A stretch of 64,000 nucleotides of DNA from an uncultured Gemmatimonadaceae bacterium. Its GTDB lineage: Bacteria; Gemmatimonadota; Gemmatimonadetes; Gemmatimonadales; Gemmatimonadaceae. Both the position numbers and the translations under genes were made by a program. The notes beneath the pieces are model-generated. The model was not told the origin of the DNA. It saw only the letters and a list, made by a program, of their open reading frames with translations, and ran no database searches. The stretch is taken from the NCBI GenBank assembly GCA_963829055.1, contig CAWHHI010000011.1:416001-480000 (forward strand), given 5' to 3'. The stretch's first letter is position 1; every line of letters starts with the position of its first letter. Of this stretch, positions 45,678 through 54,508 are shown piece by piece.

Positions 45678-46127
45678 GTGTTCACGTTCTCGGTGCGAGG
45701 CGCCCGGGAGGCCGCGGTCGTGGGACGCATCGACGCGTGGATCCATGCCTATCTCACGACCAGCCCTGGAGCCAACCTGCCCATGGCCGCCGGTCTCCGT
45801 CTCCAACAGCGCTGGTGGCTCGGACCCGTTCTCGTGCCGACGGCCTCGTTGACGAGGATCTGCGGCCCAGAGCCAGAAATGGCGTACCGCACCACCAGCG
45901 AAGCGTGGGAGCAGCGCGTGTCGGCGATCGCCGCGGCGGCCCACGACCCTGAAGCGTTGCCGCCGCTGATAGTCGAGTGGCGAGGCGACGAGCTTGGGTT
46001 ATGCGACGGGAACCACCGCCATGAGGCGCTGCGACGACGCGGCGAGCAACACGTGTGGGCGTTCGTCTGGTGCAACTCCGAAGCTGAATTCCTGAACGCG
46101 CGCGATCAGTTCGCGGCGACTCGATGA
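45678..46127 (+). CDS. ParB/Srx N-terminal-like domain protein
   Basis: LPPLIVEWRGDELGLCDGNHRHEALRRRG motif; no HTH domain; ATGA overlap with the next gene. Confidence 0.7.
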   Translation: MFTFSVRGAREAAVVGRIDAWIHAYLTTSPGANLPMAAGLRLQQRWWLGPVLVPTASLTRICGPEPEMAYRTTSEAWEQRVSAIAAAAHDPEALPPLIVEWRGDELGLCDGNHRHEALRRRGEQHVWAFVWCNSEAEFLNARDQFAATR

Positions 46128-47179
46128 CATTCCTGCTCTATGGCGCGAACGGCTACACCGGCGAGCTGATCGCTCGTCAGGCAGTCACGAACGGACTCCG
46201 ACCGATTCTCGCCGGCCGCAGCGAGCCGCCGCTCGCGCAACTCGCGCGTGAGCTCGGTCTCGAGCATCGCGTCGCCCGCGTTGACGACGCTGCGGCACTC
46301 GACCGGGCGATCGGCGACACGTCACTCGTCCTGAACTGCGCTGGCCCGTTCTCGCAAACGGCACGCGCGGTTGCTAGCGCCTGTATTCAGCGCGGCGCGC
46401 ACTACCTGGACATCACCGGCGAGATCGCCGTGTTCGAGTCACTGGCCGCACGCAGTGGCGAAGCGGAGAAAGCCCGTGTGATGCTCTTGCCCGGTGTTGG
46501 ATTCGACGTGGTGCCAAGCGACTGCCTCGCCGCGCACGTCGCGAAGCGGTTGCCATCGGCCACCCACCTAACGATCGCGATCCAGGGATCCTCCCGGCTG
46601 TCACGCGGCACGGCACTCACGAGTCTCGAAGGATTCGCGGCCGGTCGCGGCGCAGGTGCGGTGCGTCGAGGCGGTCGCATCGAGCGTGTTGCGCCGGCCT
46701 GGAAGACGCGGGCCGTCGACCTTGGCGCCGGTCACGTGCGGGTCACGACGATGCCGTGGGGCGACGTCGCGACGGCGTTTCACAGCACCGGGATTCCCGA
46801 TGTCGAGGTATACATGGCGATCCCCGCTGCCGTTCGCCGCGTTATGCGCTACGGCAGGCCGCTGTTGCCGCTGCTCGCGTCGGCTCCCGTTCGTCGCTGG
46901 ATCGAGGCGCGCGTGCGGCGTGGCACTCCGGGTCCAACGGCGCAGCAACGCGCACGCGGCTGGAGTCGTTTCTGGGCCCAGGCGCGCGATGACGCTGGAC
47001 ACTCGGCCACCGCTCGACTGCTGACGCCGGAAGGGTACGAGCTCACCGTACACACGGCGCTGGAGTGCACGCGGCGCGTGTTACAGGGCGATTGGCGGGC
47101 GGGCTATCAGACGCCATCGACGGCGTACGGTCCGGATCTCGTGCTCGCGATCGACGGTGTGCGTCGGGAGGACGTCTGA
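46124..47179 (+). CDS. saccharopine dehydrogenase-like oxidoreductase
   Basis: LYGANGYTG; LNCAGPF; HYLDITGE; GVGFDVVPSDCLA; PWGDVATAFHSTGIP. Confidence 0.9.
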   Translation: MTFLLYGANGYTGELIARQAVTNGLRPILAGRSEPPLAQLARELGLEHRVARVDDAAALDRAIGDTSLVLNCAGPFSQTARAVASACIQRGAHYLDITGEIAVFESLAARSGEAEKARVMLLPGVGFDVVPSDCLAAHVAKRLPSATHLTIAIQGSSRLSRGTALTSLEGFAAGRGAGAVRRGGRIERVAPAWKTRAVDLGAGHVRVTTMPWGDVATAFHSTGIPDVEVYMAIPAAVRRVMRYGRPLLPLLASAPVRRWIEARVRRGTPGPTAQQRARGWSRFWAQARDDAGHSATARLLTPEGYELTVHTALECTRRVLQGDWRAGYQTPSTAYGPDLVLAIDGVRREDV

Positions 47180-47362
47180 CGGCGAAGTGCGCCGCCCACG
47201 GCTGAGACTCCACACACCACAGTTGAGCCCATAGCATTCGCTCGTGGCATCGATGCTTCACCTGCCACGAGACGCAGAAGAAGGATGGGCTGGTGCTGAG
47301 CAGCTACCGTCAGTGAGCGTGGGGCACGCGCACCCCGGTGGCCGTCCCGTTAGGCGAACGAC

Positions 47363-48778
47363 TCAGGTGAACGGCGAATCCGGGAGGGCAATCGTCGCCC
47401 GACGACCGCGAAGCGCCCCGTCGAGACGGAGCATGGCCAGGCCCACGCCAGCGGCACCCTGCATGAGCCCCGTCTGCGCGAGCACCACGTTCGGGCTGAC
47501 GCGATTCTCCGCCTGAACCCACTTGAGCCCATCGCCCTCGGGCGTTGCGCGGTCGAGCGTGTCGTCAGCGACACGACGCGCGAACGCCAGGTACGACGCC
47601 TCGCTCGTTAGGCCGTACATCGTCGCGAAGAAATCCGACACGCCGCAGTTGCCGCAGCACTGACTGATGTTGTTCCAGAAGCCCGCGCTCCGCTGCGGCA
47701 CGCCGCTGCCGACGACTCCCTGCGCGAGCTTCGGCACGTAGTCGAACCAGGCGCGGTCGCCCGTGACCGTGCTCAGACGATGGAAGAGTCGCGCGGTCCC
47801 CACCGGACCGTGGCACCAGCTGAGATAGAACAGGTCGCGGCCATCCGGGTCATTGTGGAAGATCCGCATGCCTCCGCCGTCGGTTGGCGTCGCCACCGAT
47901 TGGAGATACCGGCCGCCACGAATCGCCGCGTCGGCGAATGCTCGATCCTTCGTCTCGCCAGCAAGCGTCGCGAGGAAGTACGCGACGCCGGCGGTTCCAT
48001 GCGAGAAGTTCGGCATGTTCCGCGTGAAGCTCGGCGACATCATCCAGAGCGACGCATCGCCGCTACGATACTCGCGCTCGAGCAAGCGCCGCCCTGCCCT
48101 GACGGCCAGGCGTCGAGCGGCTGGGTCACCGCTCGCGGTGGATCCGCGCATCAGATACAGGCCGATGCCCGCGGTGCCGCTGATGATGTCGGTCGAGTCG
48201 TTCCACTCCACTCCGTCGCCGACATCGTGCGCCGCCGCAATGACGGCGCCTAACGCCTTGGTCGCGGCGGCCCGATAGCGCTGCTGTCCGCTCGCCAGCG
48301 CTGCCTGCTCGAGCGTATACCCCACGCCCGCGAGTCCGGTGTAGAGACCCGCGCCTTCGTCGCCGGTAGCGGCGTCCGGGAGCGTCGCGGCGAGGTAGTC
48401 TGCACCCGCGGTTGCCAGATCGAGCCAGGCGCGGTCGCCGGTCGCTCGATGTAACTCGATCAGGAACAGCACCACCCCTGGGCTTCCCGAGTACAGATCG
48501 CGCTGGACCGTCTTCGGATCGGGGGGAACCGCGGGCCACGTCGTGCCCTCGGGCGACGTGATCGCCGTCGCTCGCAGCCATCGTGCGGCGCCGAGTGCGG
48601 CGTTGAGATAGCGAAGGTCGGGTTCGGCCGATCGCGTCGAGCGAACGGTGCGACGCAACGGCAGCGGTAGCGCCGCGAACGCCGCGGCTCCCAACCCAAC
48701 ACGGATCACGTCACGCCGGGACTGTTTGCGGTCCGCGTTCGCGCCGTTGCTGACGTCGTTCTGCGTCTCATCGCCCAT
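47363..48778 (-). CDS. lanthionine synthetase LanC-like protein with twin-arginine-like signal
   Basis: SRRDVIRVGLGAAAFAAL; repeated LYSGxxG, LYTGLAG and ISGTAG helices; FSHGTAG, WCHGPVG, QCCGNCG, GLMQGAAG. Confidence 0.85.
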   Translation of the reverse strand: MGDETQNDVSNGANADRKQSRRDVIRVGLGAAAFAALPLPLRRTVRSTRSAEPDLRYLNAALGAARWLRATAITSPEGTTWPAVPPDPKTVQRDLYSGSPGVVLFLIELHRATGDRAWLDLATAGADYLAATLPDAATGDEGAGLYTGLAGVGYTLEQAALASGQQRYRAAATKALGAVIAAAHDVGDGVEWNDSTDIISGTAGIGLYLMRGSTASGDPAARRLAVRAGRRLLEREYRSGDASLWMMSPSFTRNMPNFSHGTAGVAYFLATLAGETKDRAFADAAIRGGRYLQSVATPTDGGGMRIFHNDPDGRDLFYLSWCHGPVGTARLFHRLSTVTGDRAWFDYVPKLAQGVVGSGVPQRSAGFWNNISQCCGNCGVSDFFATMYGLTSEASYLAFARRVADDTLDRATPEGDGLKWVQAENRVSPNVVLAQTGLMQGAAGVGLAMLRLDGALRGRRATIALPDSPFT

Positions 48779-48804
48779 GAGCTTCGCCCTCGGTTCGGTC
48801 CGCG

Positions 48805-49722
48805 TCAGTTCACCTTGAACGACGCGAGCACGCCGCGCTTGTAGTCGCGCTCGCGCTCGCCCACGTGCTTCGTAGTACAGAACACCACGTGCATCCCCGA
48901 CTGCAGTGTCAGCCGCGTCTGGGCAGTAACGAACGCCGACATTGGCGTTAGGCCGCCCACGTACACGAACGGCGCCTCGTCGTTCCGATCCCGGTCCCAG
49001 CGCGCCACGTCAGCCACCGTCTTGCCCGGCTTGAGGCGCCCGATCACCGCATCATGCGGCCTCGCGCCCACGTTGTCGAACTGCAACGTCCGCTGGCCGG
49101 TCTTCAGCACGCCGGTCACGTCGATGCGCGCATCCTTGAGCTTGATCATCGCGTCAGGCACCGCGAATCGCGCGGGGATGAGCACCGAGCCCGCAATGAT
49201 CGTGACGTCGCGCCAGATATAGCGATCCGCGCGTGGACGTCCGGCCGAGTCGACTTCGTACGACACGAGAACGTAGCGGCCGGGACGGAGGTCGACCGTC
49301 GCGTTCGCGTCAGGCGCGGAATCGCGCGGGACCGCGGGTCCGCCGAAGCTCGCCTGCTCGAACCACCGCTCTGGCCTGCCGGCCGCCCCGCGTGCGACCG
49401 TCTCGGGCGGAGTGCCCGCGGGAACGCGGTGCAGCGTGAGATCGCGCCGCGTCTTCCCCGCCAACTGCAAGCGGAGCGTCGTGATTCCCGCTGGCACCGA
49501 TGGGGGCGTCTGGAGCGCGCTATCGGTGGCAATCACCGTCAACGTGCGTTGCGCCTGAGCCGTGGCAAGCGGGATCAGAGTCGAACCAGCGAGTACAGTG
49601 ACCGCGAGACCGACGCGGGCGCAGAGCGCGGCAAGGCGGCGCGTAACGACTCTACTCGTGAGGCAAACCACCAGGGAGGGTTCGGAGGTGATGGGAGTGC
49701 AGTGCGCGACGGACGCGCACAC
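48805..49722 (-). CDS. secreted hypothetical protein with two similar beta-rich (cupredoxin-like?) halves; true start probably downstream of 49722
   Basis: Signal ending AQA-Q; VPAGITTLRL...VDLRPGRYVLV and LKTGQRTLQFDNVG...LTLQSGMHVVFC. Confidence 0.6.
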   Translation of the reverse strand: MCASVAHCTPITSEPSLVVCLTSRVVTRRLAALCARVGLAVTVLAGSTLIPLATAQAQRTLTVIATDSALQTPPSVPAGITTLRLQLAGKTRRDLTLHRVPAGTPPETVARGAAGRPERWFEQASFGGPAVPRDSAPDANATVDLRPGRYVLVSYEVDSAGRPRADRYIWRDVTIIAGSVLIPARFAVPDAMIKLKDARIDVTGVLKTGQRTLQFDNVGARPHDAVIGRLKPGKTVADVARWDRDRNDEAPFVYVGGLTPMSAFVTAQTRLTLQSGMHVVFCTTKHVGERERDYKRGVLASFKVN

Positions 49723-49844
49723 AACGGCAGGGTGATTGGTACCCCGATCAAAGCGAAGTTATCTGCCGGGCCCGATACGCGGGAGCACGGGGCAAGGCAG
49801 TACGGTATCTTGTGCCTTCAACTTCCTACACTGGAGCGCTTTGC

Positions 49845-50201
49845 ATGCCACGCCCGCGAGCAGGAATCGTCTACCTCGGCCTCAAGAGCAGCGTCACTGC
49901 GCTGGATCGGCGCACGGGAATGGAAGTGTGGCGCACACCGCTCAAAGCCGGCGTCGGTCGATCCACCTCGTTCGTGACGCTGCACCGCGACGGCGACATC
50001 CTGTATGCCGGCGTCGGCGGTGAGCTGTTCGCCCTCGACCCGAAGACGGGGAACGTGCTCTGGCACAACCCGCTCAAGGGATACGGCTACGGGATTCCCA
50101 GCATTCTGGGCGACAGCGACGCCGCCACCGGCAACGCACTGCCGGCCGCCGCCGAAGCCAAGCGGGTTGCCGACGCCGCAGCGGCCGCCGCCGCGACCTG
50201 A
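49845..50201 (+). CDS. small PQQ-binding-like beta-propeller repeat protein
   Basis: VTALDRRTGMEVWRT and LFALDPKTGNVLWHN repeats. Confidence 0.8.
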   Translation: MPRPRAGIVYLGLKSSVTALDRRTGMEVWRTPLKAGVGRSTSFVTLHRDGDILYAGVGGELFALDPKTGNVLWHNPLKGYGYGIPSILGDSDAATGNALPAAAEAKRVADAAAAAAAT

Positions 50202-50237
50202 GCCGGGCCGCCGACGTTGCCCGTTAGGCGCCGGACG

Positions 50238-51825
50238 ATGCGAGCCGCCTCGCGAACGCTCGCGGTAGTCGGCGCCGCGATTGCCGTCGCGGCGGCATGT
50301 GACAGGAAGCCCGGGACAGGCGGTACTGTCACATCCCGGGGCAGTGTCGCCGGCAGCGCGTCGGGCGTCGTGATCGACGAGATCATGGCGAACCCGCGCG
50401 CCGTGCCAGACGAGCACGGCGAGTGGATCGAGCTTCACAACGTCCAGTCGACGCCTGTGGACCTCCGCGGGTGGACGGTGGCGTCGCAGAACGATCGCGG
50501 CATCACCATCGATCGAAGCGTGGTCGTTCCGGCTCGTGGCTTCGTCGTGCTGGCGCGCGACGGAAACCGCGTCGACCAACGGCGGCGTCACCGCGAGCTT
50601 CACGTTCACGGACGGGCTGGCGCTCGGGAACGGCGCCGACTGGCTCGCGCTCAGGACGCCCGACGGCCGCACGGCCGACTCCGTCGCATGGACATCGGCC
50701 GTCGCCGGCGCGAGCCGAGCGCTCAGGGATGATGCAGCCGCGCATGCGGACGTGGGCGGGCCGGCGTGGAGCACCGCGACCACCCGCTACGGCGCCGGAG
50801 ACCTGGGCACACCGGGACGCCCGAATGACGGCGGCGCCATCGCGTCCGCGCCAGTTGCCTCGCCGGCTCCATCCTCCGGCGCGATAGCCCCGCCACCTCG
50901 GGTGGAGAGCATCGGCGCCCGCGACTCGACGCTCACGGTTCGCGTGCTCGACGTCGGGCAGGGCGACGCGATTCTCGTCGAGAACGGCGGCAGTCGCGTG
51001 ATCATCGACGGCGGACCCGAGCCGTCGCGCTTCGGGCGATTGCTCGACGAGCTCGGGCTCGACGGAGCGACGATCGATGCGGTGATCCTCACGCATCAGC
51101 ACTTCGATCATTACGCGGGCCTCCGAGAGCTCTTCCGCACTCGGCGCCGGATCACGATCCGCTACGTGTTCGAGAACAAGGACCCGTACGCGAACACGTC
51201 GCTGGCGCAGCTGCGCGACTCCATCATCGCGCGCGCGAATCGACGTGAGCTCATGTATCGCGACACAGATGACCCATGCGGCACGGGCGCGGCGGAGTGC
51301 ACGATCACGATGCGTGGCGGCGCGCGATTGCACGTGCTCCGTCCCGACCCGCGCGGCAGCGGCCCGAACAACCGATCGGTGGCTGTGAAGCTCGTCGCCG
51401 CCGACTCGAGTCGATTCACGATGTGGCTCGCGGGTGACGCGGAGCAGCAGGAGATCGCCTGGTTCGACACGACGGACTACGACCGGACGCCCGGCATGCG
51501 CGCGACGGTCCTCAAGGCCGATCACCACGGCAGCTGCGATGGCATCTCCCCGCGCTATCTCGATCTCGTGCGACCGGATGTCGTCGTATTGTCGCTCGCG
51601 GGAACGAACGACTACGGCTACGTGCACGCGCAGACGCTCGCGCTGCTCCAGGCGAGACGCATTCCGTGGTACCGCACGGATCAGAACGGGACGATCACGA
51701 TCACGGTGCCGCCCGGAAGCGCGCGCTACACGGTGACGACAGAGCGCGGGGCAGCAAATGCAAGAGGGCCGAGTGATCGACCGGCGCGAAACTGTGGAGA
51801 GGACGATTTCCGCGGGCGGCGCTAG
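50238..51825 (+). CDS. lipoprotein with lamin tail domain + ComEC/Rec2-like metallo-beta-lactamase domain (frameshift ~50570)
   Basis: Lipobox VAAAC; LTD VIDEIMANP...EWIELHN...DLRGWTV; MBL VLDVGQGDAIL, LTHQHFDHYAG, NNRSV, LAGDAE, LKADHHGS, YRTDQNGTI. Confidence 0.88.
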
Positions 51826-51882
51826 ATCTTCGGTGACGGCAATAGATGCAATAGAAATCGCGGTCGGTATCACCAGTAACAC

Positions 51883-52016
51883 GTCGTGAGTTGTCAGTCG
51901 TCAGTCATCGGTTTTCAGTCCCGCCTGGCGAACGGCTTCGAGCCGCCAATGGTCGTACTCACGACTCCACTGATGACCTGATGACCGAGAACTCGCGAAC
52001 TGATGCACTCACGACA
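51883..52016. repeat. short-period imperfect inverted repeat between convergent genes
   Basis: GTCGTGAGT...TCAGTCG TCAGTCA TCGGTTT TCAG versus CTGATGA..CTGATGA CCGAGAA...CTGA..ACTCACGAC. Confidence 0.5.
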
Positions 52017-52673
52017 CGCGCGACCGTCCGCGATGCCGGCGATGACTATGCGGCAACTACGCGGGTGAATGTCCCCCGTGTCCGCCGGCGGTGCCCCCCG
52101 CAGTTGCTCGGCCGACCGCTGCAGCGCCAGCCGCGTCGCGTGTCGATCAGCCTCGATCGTGAGTGTCGAGCGCACGCCGGACCGCGTGTGCGTCACACGC
52201 AGGACATCTCCCTGATGCGCATCCGCGGGCAGCAGCCATCGCGGCATCGGGGTGATCTGGCGACCGTCCACCTCCACCGCGGCCGAGTCCTCATCGATGA
52301 CATCGACCACCCACGTGTGGTGCGAGCCGCGCGCCTGGAGCTCGTCGGTGCGACGGGCGTCGTCGGAGCGGGCGTGGCCGCCGCCGAGCCCTTGCTCCGC
52401 CAGCGGCGCGCCGAGCAGCGCGTCTTCGCGTCGCTCCTTCGCCATGCGGGCGAGGTCGACGTCGTCGGCGCGTGTGCCGATGAACTCATCGCGAATGTTC
52501 TCACGGAAGAACTCGTCGGGATTCCGCGAACGCGCGAGCTCGTCGTAGAGGTGCTCGGGGACGTCGGCGTAGTCGTACTCCGCTCCGCTCGTGAACTCGA
52601 CGCGCAGCGTGTGAGTCGCGCGGTCGAACTGGGCAGCGCGCACAGGCGACGCGTCGTCCCGATGCCTGGTCAT
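51915..52673 (-). CDS. KTSC domain - DUF3006 fusion protein (true stop may be ~52057)
   Basis: KTSC-like FDRATHTLRVEFTSGAEYDYADVPEHLYDEL...FFRENIRD; DUF3006-like WVVDVIDEDSAAVEVDG...PRWLLPADAHQGDVLRV. Confidence 0.75.
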   Translation of the reverse strand: MTRHRDDASPVRAAQFDRATHTLRVEFTSGAEYDYADVPEHLYDELARSRNPDEFFRENIRDEFIGTRADDVDLARMAKERREDALLGAPLAEQGLGGGHARSDDARRTDELQARGSHHTWVVDVIDEDSAAVEVDGRQITPMPRWLLPADAHQGDVLRVTHTRSGVRSTLTIEADRHATRLALQRSAEQLRGAPPADTGDIHPRSCRIVIAGIADGRACRECISSRVLGHQVISGVVSTTIGGSKPFARRD

Positions 52674-52735
52674 GTCGACTCCGGTCTGGTCCGTTGGCGG
52701 TGGTCGCAGACGCCGTGCCGCGTGGATCGGTTGCT

Positions 52736-52876
52736 GTCATCCCGAGGAGCGGCAGCAATGTCATCCCGAGGAGCGATAGCGACGAGGGACCTTCTGTGAT
52801 GGCATCGTAGCCGGATTGTCCACCAGTACTTCACAGAAGATCCCTCGCTGACGCTCGCTGACGCTCGGGATGACAA
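52736..52876. repeat. REP/MITE-like palindromic element of the GTCATCCCGAG family
   Basis: TGTCATCCCGAGGAGC x2 ... GAGGGACC.TCTGTGA...TTCACAGAAGATCCCTCGCT...CTCGGGATGACA; homologous to 28061-28200. Confidence 0.8.
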
Positions 52877-52878
52877 GG

Positions 52879-53601
52879 TTAGTCCTTCTCGTTGATGCGG
52901 AACGTGAACGTCTGCTCCACCAGCTGACGCACCTTGTGCCCACGCGCCTCCGCGGGCTCGAAGCGCGCCCGAGTGAGCGCCGTGCGGACCGCCGCCGCGA
53001 ACTGGTCGTGCGACGCATCGAGCACGCGCACGCTGCCCGATTCCACGCGACCGAGCGTGTCGACCACGAACTGTGCGTGCACATCGCCCTCCACGCCAGC
53101 GCTCTGCAGCATCGACGGGTAGCGTGGCGTGGCCGTGCCCGGAAGCGCGACGACCACCTTGTCCACGACACGCTCCGACAGCGGCTCTCCAGGCGCGCCG
53201 TTAGGCGCCCCACCCACCACCACGGAATCGCGGCCACTGATCCGACTCGGCCGCCCAAATGCCTCGTCCACCCGAATCATCGCGCCGGCATCAGGGAGCG
53301 TCATTGGAACATCGCTGGTGATCACTGGCGCGGGGAGCTCGATCGTCGGGATGGCCGGCACCGTCGGCGCGGACGTCGCCGGTAGAGTGCGCCGAACAGG
53401 CGGCGGCATTTTGGGCCGTGCTGGTCCTCGCTCCACGAACACCGGCTGCGGGACGACGTCGACCTTCGGCCGCGGCGCCGCTGTCAGCATCGTCGCCCGA
53501 ACAGCGAGCGCTATCAGCACCACGTGCATCGCCGTACTGACCACGAGCCCACCGGTGCGACGCTGGCGTGGCGCGTTCGATTCGGGAAGTCGACTGAACA
53601 T
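52879..53601 (-). CDS. tonB: energy transducer TonB family protein
   Basis: TM with VSTAMHVVL (S-x3-H); Pro-rich linker; C-terminal PRYPSMLQSAGVEGDVHAQFVVDTLGRVE...FEPA...QTFTF; GGAGG RBS. Confidence 0.9.
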   Translation of the reverse strand: MFSRLPESNAPRQRRTGGLVVSTAMHVVLIALAVRATMLTAAPRPKVDVVPQPVFVERGPARPKMPPPVRRTLPATSAPTVPAIPTIELPAPVITSDVPMTLPDAGAMIRVDEAFGRPSRISGRDSVVVGGAPNGAPGEPLSERVVDKVVVALPGTATPRYPSMLQSAGVEGDVHAQFVVDTLGRVESGSVRVLDASHDQFAAAVRTALTRARFEPAEARGHKVRQLVEQTFTFRINEKD

Positions 53602-53778
53602 GCATCCTCCACGGTCGAGAGTTTGGCCTCGCCGCGCTGAGCGCACGGCGACTCTCGACAGGATGGGATGCGTCGATGAATCCGGGGTGACGGCGTGGTT
53701 AGGCAGCCGTGAATCGACCGTGAGGATTCATCGATCGACGCATTACGAAACCATGAAGCTCGCGGACGCCCGCGGGAA

Positions 53779-54327
53779 TCAGAACGCGACGCCGACGCTC
53801 GCTCGCGCGGTAGGATAGGTCAGATGCACGCTCGACACGTTGTACCGGTCGTAGCGAAGAATGCGCTTGAACCCGCCGCCCAGCGATAGCGCGAGATTAC
53901 GGCGCTTGCCACTGAGCCACGTGTAGCTCGCGTCCGTTCCGACCACGACGCCCGAGCCCTGAGACGCACGGGAGAACAGCCCACCCTCGTCCGCCGAGAG
54001 CCAGATCCGACCCGCGGACGCGCCGACGCTCAAACCCTCGAGCGCACGCTCACCCGGATAGAAGCGAATCTTCCCGTCCACTGACTTGTAGCCGAGCGGC
54101 CCGAGACTGAACGCGCTCCCACCAACCCCGATCGTGGCGTTGGACGTCACACGACGCTCGACCTCCCCTGTATAGAAGCCGAGCAGCGCGAATACCGGAC
54201 TCACGGAGATGACCTGACCGTACGCGTGCGCGCTGTCCGGAGAATTGGACGGCGGGGCAAGCTGTGCCCGCGCGTTGGTGGTACACGCCGCGAGCAGTGC
54301 GGTCACGAGGAACAGTCGTGGGGACAT
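53779..54327 (-). CDS. probable small outer membrane beta-barrel protein
   Basis: Signal ending ARA-Q; alternating strands; C-terminal ASVGVAF*. Confidence 0.65.
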   Translation of the reverse strand: MSPRLFLVTALLAACTTNARAQLAPPSNSPDSAHAYGQVISVSPVFALLGFYTGEVERRVTSNATIGVGGSAFSLGPLGYKSVDGKIRFYPGERALEGLSVGASAGRIWLSADEGGLFSRASQGSGVVVGTDASYTWLSGKRRNLALSLGGGFKRILRYDRYNVSSVHLTYPTARASVGVAF

Positions 54328-54508
54328 CGAGTGAAACACCGGTGTGGAGGGTCGCTCGTTTCTACACCGCACCGCTGCTCGCGTGCCGGCATCGATGCGA
54401 ATCGACCGTGGCGGCCTGAGCTGCCACGGTCGATCGCCCACGACTCACTGTCGAGCAGACGCCCGCCTAACGCACGTCCGAATATCTACGCGCGTCAGGC
54501 GTCCCGGC

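Noticed and set aside
45678..46127. Chromosome or plasmid partitioning locus
   Set aside because: Only the ParB N-terminal-like domain is present; no HTH, parA or parS palindrome.
47180..49722. Lanthipeptide biosynthetic gene cluster around the LanC-like gene
   Set aside because: No dehydratase, Ser/Thr/Cys-rich precursor, protease or exporter nearby.
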